Shown: positions 7,804 through 17,047 of the stretch, in pieces
Position numbering within the stretch: the first letter of the stretch is position 1
Layout of the letters: every line of letters starts with the position of its first letter
Source: Escherichia phage EC150
Direction: 5' to 3' (one strand)
DNA length: 64,000 nucleotides
Sequence record: ON210137.1
Made by a program: the position numbers and the translations under genes
Notes under the pieces: model-generated
Seen by the model: the letters and a program-made list of their open reading frames with translations, nothing else
Database searches by the model: none
What the model was told of the DNA's origin: nothing

Positions 7804-10119
7804 TTATTTTGCTGATTTCAGCACGGCTATCTCTGCCTTGAGTTCATCAATCTGATCCATCAATGCGAGAATAGCCTCGTGGTGCAATGCCGCTGCAACG
7901 CCGTAAGTGTCAACTGACTTGATATCTTCGACAACAGTCCCATCCTTGAGTTCCGTGTTTGAATATTTCAAAGTTTTTACTGCGTCAGGAAATACACCTT
8001 CTACATCTTGAGCTATAAATCCGATGCCATTCGGTTTCTCTGACTTATCAAGGCGCTCCCAAGTCACACCCTTGATCAATCTCATCTTTCCTAACGGGTC
8101 GGAAATCCTTTGAATATTTGTTTTGACCCTCTCATCAGACGTGCTGACCCAGTTCCCTGCAGTAGCAGTACCATCAGGCATAAATTTGAAATCTGCTGCA
8201 GCGCCTTGCCCATTGTTTATGGATATTTGCGCGTGCATCAAATCAGTTCCAGTACCTCGAACGCCTCCGAATGTATAGCTGCCAGCATACCAATCCCCTG
8301 AAAAATATGATACATACCCAGGCGTTGACTGGTTGAAGTTTATCATCCTCATACCGTTGCTTTCATACGCTGAAACGCCTACTGAATTCAACGGTTGCAC
8401 AACAAGGTCTTTTGGTCTGAGATATGCATTAACATTCAGCGCCCCGTCTGTCCTTTCCGTACTAATTTGATTTATGGAGTTAGGGAAATAAAATGTGCCA
8501 TCTTGCGCAAACTTCCATTCTTGCACCCCATTAGATATCACAGCACCTTGTTCAGACGTTAATCCATCAATCTTACCGTATGCTTGCAAGAATGCTTGAT
8601 ACGCAATGTTGGTGCCAATTTTATATTCAGATTTTACACTGCCGCCACTGACAAGCGTTCCGGTTGCAGGTTTTACTGCGTCACCATTAATAACGCTCCA
8701 AGTCGTATTCGCAGCAGCAAATCCACCCGATGCACGAATCACCCAAACGCCTACAAAGTTACGACCCATTATTTCACTGTTTGAACGGCCATAAACCGGA
8801 CTTACTCGCGAAGCATCAAAACTCACCCTAATAACACCATTACCAGTTACCGGTTCTGGTGACAATGGTGTTTCTACCTGACCCGGTACAATAGCACCCG
8901 TCTGCCCGTAGGCGACGACGCCACCAATATCCCCGTAAATGTTTGGTGCAGCTGAATCAAACACAACACCATCAGCGTTGGAGTTTGCGGTGCCATTTCC
9001 TGCGCCGTCACCTCGTCCATAAAGAGCGGCTAATGAACCGACTTGAACGCCGTTTTTGTCGGGCACACGGAAAGTCGTTGAGCCATTACCAAGAGAATAC
9101 TTTCCGCGCTTTGTTGGGTCCGCAAGCCAATCCGCATCAGCAATAGGAGTCAGCATTTGAGCATATGCCCAAAGCTCAGGCCAGTCTGCGCGGTTAAGCA
9201 ATTGCCCGTCTGCAACAACTTCATATGGCTGGATGTAAGCACGGCTATCACGAAGATGAAAATCACCAACACCATAGTTCATTACACCGTTCATGTTCGG
9301 TCCAACGGTGCCAGTGTTGATAAGGTTTTCAACCCAACGTTTAGTCGCAGCATCATAATCATTCACAGGGTCACCAGCAAGCGGAGTTGGGCCTGTCGGT
9401 CGAATATTCAACCAAGCCTGCGCATTATCCCCTGATCCTGTGCCGCCCATGGAAGTGGGCACGATATTTTGATCAGCGACTTGTCCGAATCCAAAAGCAG
9501 ACTTCATGCCCTGAATAGTACTCTGCCCTGTGCCACCGTTTGCCACTGGTACTACATCAAGTTCGCTATAAACCTTTTTCCAAGGTGACCAAAAGTCGCC
9601 ATTAAATACCCTGTTGTATTCAGGGCCAACCGTTGCTGTGTATTTTTGTGAACAAGCATTTGCTGAAATTTGGATTACTTCCAATACTCCAGACGATAAG
9701 GTTGGGTAGTTCAAAGCAGGTGATGCTGATAGACTGTTCGGCTGGTAATATTGGCCAAACCATGAACCAGTCAAAGCATTGAGATTTATTCCGTTAGGAA
9801 TCTCTCCAAAGTTTCGGACAGTACCCGTCAAAGTCGCAGCAGTAGTTCGAATGGAAAGCATGTCGCCAGCCGCCCATGCACGCGCTGCAGTTCCTTCCTG
9901 TGCACGCTGCACGGTCAGGACGTTTCCAACAACGGCTGTTACTGTGACGATTTCGAATTGGAGGCCTGTCGCAGCGTCTACGATTGTCGCCACTACACGC
10001 TCGTTTGCAGCCAAGGTCGGAAATCCCGACCCTGAGCGAATTGTGATTGTGGTGTCTGAAGTCGTCGTTGGCTGAGCGAGCGCGACCTCAAAGTTGTTTT
10101 TGAATATTAGCCTTGGCAT
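7804..10119 (-). CDS. tail fibre / tailspike protein with C-terminal intramolecular chaperone (peptidase S74-type) domain
   Basis: 771 aa; C-terminus contains SDERVKTNI and GIGFIAQDVEGVFP, which I recognise as intramolecular chaperone motifs of phage tail spikes/fibres; Gly-rich central region. Confidence 0.75.
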   Translation of the reverse strand: MPRLIFKNNFEVALAQPTTTSDTTITIRSGSGFPTLAANERVVATIVDAATGLQFEIVTVTAVVGNVLTVQRAQEGTAARAWAAGDMLSIRTTAATLTGTVRNFGEIPNGINLNALTGSWFGQYYQPNSLSASPALNYPTLSSGVLEVIQISANACSQKYTATVGPEYNRVFNGDFWSPWKKVYSELDVVPVANGGTGQSTIQGMKSAFGFGQVADQNIVPTSMGGTGSGDNAQAWLNIRPTGPTPLAGDPVNDYDAATKRWVENLINTGTVGPNMNGVMNYGVGDFHLRDSRAYIQPYEVVADGQLLNRADWPELWAYAQMLTPIADADWLADPTKRGKYSLGNGSTTFRVPDKNGVQVGSLAALYGRGDGAGNGTANSNADGVVFDSAAPNIYGDIGGVVAYGQTGAIVPGQVETPLSPEPVTGNGVIRVSFDASRVSPVYGRSNSEIMGRNFVGVWVIRASGGFAAANTTWSVINGDAVKPATGTLVSGGSVKSEYKIGTNIAYQAFLQAYGKIDGLTSEQGAVISNGVQEWKFAQDGTFYFPNSINQISTERTDGALNVNAYLRPKDLVVQPLNSVGVSAYESNGMRMINFNQSTPGYVSYFSGDWYAGSYTFGGVRGTGTDLMHAQISINNGQGAAADFKFMPDGTATAGNWVSTSDERVKTNIQRISDPLGKMRLIKGVTWERLDKSEKPNGIGFIAQDVEGVFPDAVKTLKYSNTELKDGTVVEDIKSVDTYGVAAALHHEAILALMDQIDELKAEIAVLKSAK

Positions 10120-10157
10120 TTTACGGTCCTCGTTTTGTCGACAACCGTATTATAACC

Positions 10158-10499
10158 TTAATTTCTTTTGAGAGGAATATGGCGGTTGCTGTCATTATTT
10201 GGTTTAATAATGAGCATAAAAACGATTAGAAAGATGATGGCTGATATACTTAATTCAATCAGCGCGGCTTGAGATATAGATTGATCTTCATGATACTGCT
10301 TTTGCATTTCTGCTTTCTTCTGAGCGCAAACTTCAGGTGATATGTAATCGCCTTTTGAGTTGCCATAATAAATCTCGCCATTCTCAGAAATAAGCCTGCC
10401 GCAAATATCCGTGTCAGCCTTTGCGCTTGACATCATAATAACGGTGCCGATGATAGCGGCAATTGTCCAGATTAGCAGTTGTGATAAGGTATTATTCAT
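10158..10499 (-). CDS. membrane-anchored exported protein (N-terminal signal peptide, C-terminal transmembrane helix)
   Basis: ORF track; hydrophobic N- and C-termini; AAAGAGG Shine-Dalgarno on minus strand. Confidence 0.5.
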   Translation of the reverse strand: MNNTLSQLLIWTIAAIIGTVIMMSSAKADTDICGRLISENGEIYYGNSKGDYISPEVCAQKKAEMQKQYHEDQSISQAALIELSISAIIFLIVFMLIIKPNNDSNRHIPLKRN

Positions 10500-10694
10500 G
10501 ATAACCTCTTTAATTCCCTTCCCATATCGGGAAGGGTGAATATTATTTTACGCGAAAGAATAGGCGCGTGCCACACAGCGAGTCCCAACGGCCCTCACCA
10601 TCCCATATCGACCCAACACCAGCGGTGATTGGGCCAGCAGAATTGGCGGCATTGGCCCAGGCTAGACGTTTCAACTTCCAACTGCACCAACGAT

Positions 10695-10928
10695 TCACAT
10701 TTCATCTCCAGATTGCAAAACAAGTCCCGCATAGATGATTGCTAAAGCTAAAGGCGCACCACTTCCCGCCTCTCTGTTCTCTTTAATCTGAAGAGCATCC
10801 TTAAGGAATTGCAACTGAACGTTGAATTCATTTTCAATTCCAAGCACTCCAGACAATCCTTTTACAGAATCTGCATATGCCTTGTCTAGCACTTCTTTTG
10901 GTACTGTTAAAGTCAATTCATTTGCCAT
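10695..10928 (-). CDS. small protein with C-terminal hydrophobic segment
   Basis: ORF track; internal Met start chosen to limit overlap with upstream gene. Confidence 0.4.
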   Translation of the reverse strand: MANELTLTVPKEVLDKAYADSVKGLSGVLGIENEFNVQLQFLKDALQIKENREAGSGAPLALAIIYAGLVLQSGDEM

Positions 10929-11139
10929 TTTCTTTCCACTCCACGAATGTACTGCCACTTGTTTCTCTATTTAGCAGGTATCTGCCGCGCATTCCATGAA
11001 GGCTGAACTCAACCGTCGATGGATTAGATTTTGAAAGCCACATCACTTGACCGTCGAATGGTCCGCCGATGCATGTGTATTTGGCCTTTGGCTCACTCCT
11101 TTTGGGTCGCTTTGCCCGCTCTTTGATTGATAGTCTCAT
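10918..11139 (-). CDS. hypothetical small basic protein (73 aa)
   Basis: ORF track. Confidence 0.35.
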   Translation of the reverse strand: MRLSIKERAKRPKRSEPKAKYTCIGGPFDGQVMWLSKSNPSTVEFSLHGMRGRYLLNRETSGSTFVEWKENGK

Positions 11140-11354
11140 CAGTCTTCACCTTGAGATTCAAGACAAGTAAGGACAAGCCACGTCATCGGAAGAATCAAAA
11201 CCAGAGAAATAAGTGACCAAATGGACCAACACAAGATGACAGACTTGAATGTGTGAACGTCGCCAAACGTAGCAGTGAAACAAAATCCCATTACGAAAGC
11301 AATCGCTGTGGAGTGATTATCAATGGCTTTGATGGCGCGGTCGATGAGTTTCAT
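11139..11354 (-). CDS. small membrane protein with two predicted transmembrane helices (71 aa)
   Basis: ORF track; two hydrophobic stretches. Confidence 0.45.
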   Translation of the reverse strand: MKLIDRAIKAIDNHSTAIAFVMGFCFTATFGDVHTFKSVILCWSIWSLISLVLILPMTWLVLTCLESQGED

Positions 11355-11435
11355 ATTACCTCCGGTTTTGAGTTAATATGATTATAATGCAGAATTTCAG
11401 AAAGGCAAACTTTTTGTGAATTTAAATTAAAAAAA

Positions 11436-11456
11436 TGGCCAGAAATAATCTGGCCA
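11436..11456. other. palindromic hairpin TGGCCAG-AAATAAT-CTGGCCA flanked by A-tracts on both sides
   Basis: Read directly; T-tract follows on the minus strand; lies at the boundary between the minus-strand block and terL. Confidence 0.4.
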
Positions 11457-11502
11457 AAAAGATCACCCTTTATCCACTACTAAGCTGGAATCATAATTTT
11501 AC

Positions 11503-11532
11503 TTGATATAGCTGTCTCAAGCAAACTATAAT
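11503..11532 (+). promoter_or_regulatory. putative sigma70 promoter TTGATA-18-TATAAT upstream of terL
   Basis: Hexamers read directly; TATAAT ends 1 nt before ATG 11533, which argues for ATG 11566 as the real start. Confidence 0.4.
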
Positions 11533-11565
11533 ATGAATAAAATATTAACACATAATTGGAAAGTC

Positions 11566-12993
11566 ATGTACCAGTTGAATCCTGCTTTAAGAGAAGTCTG
11601 GAAGACGAAAGCGCGATACAAAGTCATATACGGCGGTCGTGCATCTTCCAAATCGCACGATGCCGCTGGTTTTGCTATTTATTTGGCGGCAAACTTCAAA
11701 TTAAAATTCCTTTGCGTTCGACAATTCCAGAACAAGATTTCTGAATCAGTATATACGCTATTAAAAGACAAAATAGAAATTTCTGATTTCAAAGACGAGT
11801 TCAACTTATTAAAGAACTCTATTGAACACAAAAGAACAAAATCTGAATTCTTATTTTACGGTATCGCACGCAACGTTGATGAAATCAAATCAACAGAAGG
11901 CGTTGATGTTCTTTGGCTTGAAGAAGCGCATGCGCTGACTGAAGAGCAGTGGGACATCATTGAGCCGACAATTCGTAAGGAAGGGTCCGAAATATGGATC
12001 ATATTTAACCCTGATGAAGAGGCTGATTTTGTCTACCAGAACTTTGTCATGCGACCGCCGAAGAATGCCATCGTTAAGAAGATTAACTGGCAAGACAACC
12101 CATTCTTGTCGCAAACAATGCTGGATGTTATCGCTGGCATGTATGAGCGCGACCCGAAAAAGGCAGAACACGTTTATGGCGGAGTACCGAAGACTGGCGG
12201 CGACAAGTCGGTAATCAACCGTGCATTCGTCAAGGCCGCGCTAAACCTCCACAAACACCCTACGCTGGGATGGAGCTTGTCAGGGTCTAACCGTATAGGC
12301 TTTGACGTGGCGGACGACGGCGACGACTTAAACGCCACAGCATTTGTCACTGGCAACGTATTGCGCGGCATCAAGACATGGGAAGGTCTGGAGGATGAAT
12401 TGCTTAAGTCCGCAAGCGGAGTCTGGAAAGACGCATTGACATTCGGCGCATCAATCACCTATGACGCCATCGGTGTTGGTGCATTTGCTGGTTCAAAATT
12501 TGATGAGCTTAATGAGTGTGCAATCCATGAAAATCCAACATTCCCAAGAATCGAATTTAATGCGTTCAACGCGCAAGGTGCTGTTGATGATCCTGATGAC
12601 GTTTTCCTTGAGTTACCACACGTTGAAATACTCAATAAAGACCATTTCGCAAACATAAAAGCGCAAAAATGGACTGAGATTGCCGAACGATTCAGAAAGA
12701 CATATGAGTATGCGACAGGGCAAGCCGTATATCCGACCGATGAGTTGATTTCCATCGACACAGACGGCATCCCAGAACTTGGTATTCCCGCTTGGTCTGC
12801 GGAAGAGATTGAGACGTTTCTTTTTGAGATGTCAGCGCCGCGCAAAGATACGTCTGTTCTTGGTAAGTTCAAAGTTGAATCGAAAAAAGATATGGCAAAG
12901 CGTGGAGTCAAATCGCCTAACAAAGCGGACGCAGCAATCATGGCATTGATGAAACCAATTGTTGCAGCATCCGGCTTCTTCTCTAACCTTTAA
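11566..12993 (+). CDS. terL: terminase large subunit
   Basis: Walker A-like YGGRASSKSHD near N-terminus, Walker B-like VLWLEEAH; start of morphogenesis module; GGAAAG Shine-Dalgarno before ATG 11566 (track start 11533 has none). Confidence 0.8.
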   Translation: MYQLNPALREVWKTKARYKVIYGGRASSKSHDAAGFAIYLAANFKLKFLCVRQFQNKISESVYTLLKDKIEISDFKDEFNLLKNSIEHKRTKSEFLFYGIARNVDEIKSTEGVDVLWLEEAHALTEEQWDIIEPTIRKEGSEIWIIFNPDEEADFVYQNFVMRPPKNAIVKKINWQDNPFLSQTMLDVIAGMYERDPKKAEHVYGGVPKTGGDKSVINRAFVKAALNLHKHPTLGWSLSGSNRIGFDVADDGDDLNATAFVTGNVLRGIKTWEGLEDELLKSASGVWKDALTFGASITYDAIGVGAFAGSKFDELNECAIHENPTFPRIEFNAFNAQGAVDDPDDVFLELPHVEILNKDHFANIKAQKWTEIAERFRKTYEYATGQAVYPTDELISIDTDGIPELGIPAWSAEEIETFLFEMSAPRKDTSVLGKFKVESKKDMAKRGVKSPNKADAAIMALMKPIVAASGFFSNL

Positions 12994-12996
12994 CAA

Positions 12997-13236
12997 TTAA
13001 ATCATTCCGTGCTGAAGGTCGAGCTTTCTTGCGGCAAACGACCTGGCACGGAATCGCTTACCCGCCCTTACTGCCTGTCGAATTTTCTTTTGCAAACACT
13101 TACGGTCAAAATCGTTGCGGTCGACGGCTTCGAGTAAATCGCGACGCAGTGCACCCAGTGTCGACTTTTCGGAGACTTCAACGCCCAGCGCGGCTGCAAC
13201 ATCTTTCAAAACATCGAGTTCGGTTAAAGTTCTCAT
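12997..13236 (-). CDS. hypothetical small basic protein (79 aa)
   Basis: ORF track; second gene of an opposite-strand pair between terL and portal. Confidence 0.4.
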   Translation of the reverse strand: MRTLTELDVLKDVAAALGVEVSEKSTLGALRRDLLEAVDRNDFDRKCLQKKIRQAVRAGKRFRARSFAARKLDLQHGMI

Positions 13237-13649
13237 TTGATAATCCCCTTGATGTCTGATTCTGCCATAAAGATTGGAGTGCCGCCGCCAGGAACAATAG
13301 AGCGCGTGACCTTGTCAAACATATCGTTTTCTTCAACTTGAATACGATAAAATTTATTTTTGGATGAAGATGGGCACAATCCCATAAATTTTCCGATGCC
13401 GCGAACGCATTCATCTTCAAAGTATACTGTTTCACCTTGAATGGAGTCGATGTCGTCTACTGGATAGACCTTGCGACCCAATAGCCACTCATCCAAAGTC
13501 GCCTGCAAGACGTTGCGCGCATCTAAAATCCACGGGTCAATAGTAGCACCTTCATATCGCGCAGCAGTGGCCTTTGCCAGTTCTTCATATTCGCATACGT
13601 TAACGACTTCGCCGTTGTGCAAGACGACAAATACAATTGTTGTGCTCAT
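13233..13649 (-). CDS. hypothetical protein (138 aa)
   Basis: ORF track; 4-nt overlap with downstream gene; AT-rich divergent promoter region upstream. Confidence 0.5.
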   Translation of the reverse strand: MSTTIVFVVLHNGEVVNVCEYEELAKATAARYEGATIDPWILDARNVLQATLDEWLLGRKVYPVDDIDSIQGETVYFEDECVRGIGKFMGLCPSSSKNKFYRIQVEENDMFDKVTRSIVPGGGTPIFMAESDIKGIIK

Positions 13650-13744
13650 TTCAATCTCCTTTCGTTTGGTTAACTAAAATATAACTCAAAATGATACAAA
13701 AGCAAAATATTTTATGAACTATTTATGATCACCATACATATCAT

Positions 13745-13773
13745 TTGCTTACAAACACATGAATATTTATAAT
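13745..13773 (+). promoter_or_regulatory. putative sigma70 promoter TTGCTT-17-TATAAT upstream of portal gene
   Basis: Hexamers read directly. Confidence 0.45.
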
Positions 13774-13811
13774 ATAGATTGATTCCCTTTCACTGTCAGG
13801 TGGCGTTAACA

Positions 13812-16187
13812 ATGAAAATTCTTGGCATAAAACTCTGGGAGAAGACGCAACCAGAAGCCGAACCAGCGGAGATGCCGCCAGGCGACCCATTGGCACCGTT
13901 TGAACGCCTTGAAAGGCGCGGCAGCGGTCAACGCTGGGAAAAGACTGAAAGCAATCGACCGACCTTTAAAACGGTTGATGACTTCCCTTTATATGAGCCT
14001 GATATTAATGGCGATGGTGTTGCAATCATAAAAGGTCGTTCAGTCGATTCCGCAACAGTATCCAAAAAGGTTATGGATAATGCCTTAAAGAACATCAGTT
14101 CAGAAGGGCAAGTCAACCCATACACAGTACCTATTCAACTTCAAAACTGGTATTTGTCACAGTCATTCATCGGCTATCAAGCTTGTGCCATCATCGCACA
14201 GCATTGGCTGGTGAACAAGGCATGTTCCATGGTAGGCCGCGATGCGGTCCGTAAAGGTTGGGAAGTCAAATCCAGTTCTGAGTCAGAATTGTCAGTACAG
14301 GCAAGCGAACGCCTAAAGCAAATTGATAAAGAATTTAATATCAAAGAGCACTTAGTTGAAGCCGAACGATTCAAAAATATTTTTGGTATCCGCGTCATCA
14401 TATTTGATGTGCGTAGTGATGACCCAGAATATTACAGCAAGCCTTTTAACATTGATGGTGTGACAAAGGGGTCTTATAAGGGAATCATTCAGGTTGACCC
14501 TTATTGGATGATGCCGTTTCTGACGTCTGAAAACACAGCAGACCCTGCATCACAGCACTTCTATGACCCAGAATATTGGGTAATCAGCGGACAACGTTAT
14601 CATCGCAGCCACCTCATAATCTTGCGCAACGATGAGCCAGCTGATATTCTCAAGCCGACTTATATTTACGGCGGCATTCCTCTGACTCAGCAGATTTATG
14701 AACGCATCTATGCCGCTGAACGTACCGCCAACGAAGCGCCATTGCTGGCGATGTCCAAGCGTACAACGACGCTGCGGACCGACGTTGACAAGGCTATTGC
14801 CAATGAGCGGTCTTTTGCAGAACGTCTGATGATGTGGATCAAGTACCGCGACAACTATGCAGTCAAAGTGCTTGGCCAAAAAGAAGAGATGGACCAGTTT
14901 GACATCAACTTGTCAGACTTCGACAGCATCATCATGAACCAGTACCAGCTTGTGGCCGCAATCGCAAAAGTTCCGTCGACCAAACTGCTTGGGACTTCGC
15001 CAAAAGGCTTTAACGCCACTGGTGAATTCGAGATGGTCAGCTATCACGAAGAGTTGGAAACGTGCCAGCAGCATGACCTGACAAAAATTCTCGACCGCCA
15101 TTACAAAATCCTTCTCAAATCAGAAGGGGTGGATGTCGATGTTAAGGTTGCATGGGAACCAGTTGGCTCACTTACTGCTACTCAACTTGCAGAAATCAAT
15201 GATAAGCGAGCCAACACTGGCAAAACTCTTATTGATGCTGGCGTCATTTCTCCTGATGAAGAGCGCGACCGCATCAAAGACGACAAAAACAGCGGCTACA
15301 ACCGTCTGCCGGAAGACGCAGCAGAAGAAACCCCAGGGATGTCTCCAGAGAATATGGCATTGCTTGGCAAGTCTGCTGGTGAAGTCCTGCAAGGTAAGGC
15401 CGATATTGAACAGGCGAAAGCTGATGTCGTTAAGATGGGCGGCCAGTTCTATAGCGAAACAGGTATTATGCCAGAGGGTGCCGCGCGCGGTGAGTTGGCG
15501 GAAAACCCTGACAAAGCGCCTGTCGAAATCAACATGGACGATACCGATGATGAATCGAGCCATCACATTGATGTCCTAACGCAGTTGAAAGAAGGGCTGG
15601 AGGGTATTGCGGATTACTACCTGAAAGAAGGTCAGGATGTGGATTTTGACCCTCAAAAAGATTCACGGTCGGTGCAACCGTCTACCCTTCCAAGCGTTAA
15701 AGGACACGTAGTCAACTTACGCCACAACGTGGGTAAAATGGACGCAGCATCATTACCTAAGATGAAGTTGCACGGAATGATTCTTGGCATTGAGAATCCG
15801 CGAAACAGCATTCGTAGAGGAAACAGCATTGACGGTGAATGGGCCGTGAAGATGCCGCACCACTACGGATTCATCAAGGGCACCAAGGGCGCAGACGGTG
15901 ATGAAGTCGACTGCTTTGTGGGTCCAAATCTGAAGTCGCCGAAAGTCTTTATTGTGAACCAAAACGATAACTACTCTGGCGAGTTTGATGAACACAAGTG
16001 TATGCTTGGATTCGATTCAGCAGAAGAAGCGAAAGAAGCTTATCAAGCATCATTTGGTAACGGTTGGAACGGCTTCGACTCAATCCACGAATTAGATGTG
16101 AACTCATTCAAGGAGTGGTTGAAGGGTGATTGCTCTCAAGCATACGGAGCACTCAATAATCCTACTAATTCACCGAAGCAAGGTTGA
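13812..16187 (+). CDS. portal protein (putative)
   Basis: About 790 aa ORF just after terL and before a MuF-like head morphogenesis gene; GGTGG Shine-Dalgarno before ATG 13812; track start 13779 is a TTG. Confidence 0.6.
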   Translation: MKILGIKLWEKTQPEAEPAEMPPGDPLAPFERLERRGSGQRWEKTESNRPTFKTVDDFPLYEPDINGDGVAIIKGRSVDSATVSKKVMDNALKNISSEGQVNPYTVPIQLQNWYLSQSFIGYQACAIIAQHWLVNKACSMVGRDAVRKGWEVKSSSESELSVQASERLKQIDKEFNIKEHLVEAERFKNIFGIRVIIFDVRSDDPEYYSKPFNIDGVTKGSYKGIIQVDPYWMMPFLTSENTADPASQHFYDPEYWVISGQRYHRSHLIILRNDEPADILKPTYIYGGIPLTQQIYERIYAAERTANEAPLLAMSKRTTTLRTDVDKAIANERSFAERLMMWIKYRDNYAVKVLGQKEEMDQFDINLSDFDSIIMNQYQLVAAIAKVPSTKLLGTSPKGFNATGEFEMVSYHEELETCQQHDLTKILDRHYKILLKSEGVDVDVKVAWEPVGSLTATQLAEINDKRANTGKTLIDAGVISPDEERDRIKDDKNSGYNRLPEDAAEETPGMSPENMALLGKSAGEVLQGKADIEQAKADVVKMGGQFYSETGIMPEGAARGELAENPDKAPVEINMDDTDDESSHHIDVLTQLKEGLEGIADYYLKEGQDVDFDPQKDSRSVQPSTLPSVKGHVVNLRHNVGKMDAASLPKMKLHGMILGIENPRNSIRRGNSIDGEWAVKMPHHYGFIKGTKGADGDEVDCFVGPNLKSPKVFIVNQNDNYSGEFDEHKCMLGFDSAEEAKEAYQASFGNGWNGFDSIHELDVNSFKEWLKGDCSQAYGALNNPTNSPKQG

Positions 16188-16188
16188 T

Positions 16189-17040
16189 ATGGCTTTTAAA
16201 GCTTCGAAAAAACGTGAACGCCGCTCACCCGATAGAGTCGGGCGCGGCAGTCCGATAATCCCATCCAACGCTATTGCGATGGCCTATCGTCGTGAGATGA
16301 AAGGTCTTTGCTATGCGATGATTGACGACTATCAAGCAGGAATTGCTGAGTGGCTTGAAAAGAAGCAGGTTAAAAAGTTCTTTGCGCAAGACTCTGCTGA
16401 TTCAACTTTTCAGACCTTGATGAAGCGACTGCAACTGAAATGGGCAAAAGCTTTCGCCCGTGTCGGGTCAAAGATTGCCGCAGATTTCATCAAGTCAGTT
16501 GAAAAGGGCGCCACTTCTGCTACATTTGCAAGTCTTAAATCTGCAGGAATAGAAGCGCCAAAAGCCACATATAATAAATTCGTTGAGAACACTCTTAAAA
16601 CAAGCGAGACGTTCAACACGACTTTAGTGACTAAGGTTGGCGAAGATATTCACAACAGGGTGTACGAAGCGGTGATGCTTTCGCTGACTTCGCCAGACCC
16701 AGCACAACAAGGCACGTCAGGCATTCAGGCGGCATTGCGAAACGTAAAACACTTCTCTGCAAAGAGAGTCGACTTGATCGCTAAAGACCAGACAAGCAAG
16801 TTGTATTGCGTTCTAAGCGATGAAAGGATGCGCCAGAATGGAGTCGAAGAATTTGAGTGGGCGCACTCAGGAGCAGGAAAGGAGCCGCGAATCTCTCATG
16901 AACACGTCGACGGAATGAGATTCAAACTTGATGACAAGCGCCTATGGGAAGTTGGCGGCGAATTGAAGTTCAAAAAGGGTGACATCGGTCCTCCTGGATG
17001 GGCAATACACTGCAAGTGCAGAAAAATACCAATCATTTGA
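16189..17040 (+). CDS. head morphogenesis protein (Mu gpF / SPP1 gp7-like)
   Basis: Position after portal; C-terminal HEHVDG...CKCRKIP pattern typical of MuF-like proteins; ATG 16189 directly after portal stop. Confidence 0.6.
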   Translation: MAFKASKKRERRSPDRVGRGSPIIPSNAIAMAYRREMKGLCYAMIDDYQAGIAEWLEKKQVKKFFAQDSADSTFQTLMKRLQLKWAKAFARVGSKIAADFIKSVEKGATSATFASLKSAGIEAPKATYNKFVENTLKTSETFNTTLVTKVGEDIHNRVYEAVMLSLTSPDPAQQGTSGIQAALRNVKHFSAKRVDLIAKDQTSKLYCVLSDERMRQNGVEEFEWAHSGAGKEPRISHEHVDGMRFKLDDKRLWEVGGELKFKKGDIGPPGWAIHCKCRKIPII

Positions 17041-17047
17041 GGTCATT

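Noticed and set aside
10515-10535. Hairpin CCCTTCCC-ATATC-GGGAAGGG as a terminator
   Set aside because: The T-rich tract follows on the + strand where no upstream + gene exists, and the minus strand has an A-rich tract; function unclear, so not annotated.
15133-15579. Track ORFs 15133..15579 (+) and 15168..15566 (-) inside the portal gene
   Set aside because: Alternative-frame or antisense ORFs fully inside a long, well-supported gene; no start signals; taken as spurious, as are similar internal ORFs across the window.
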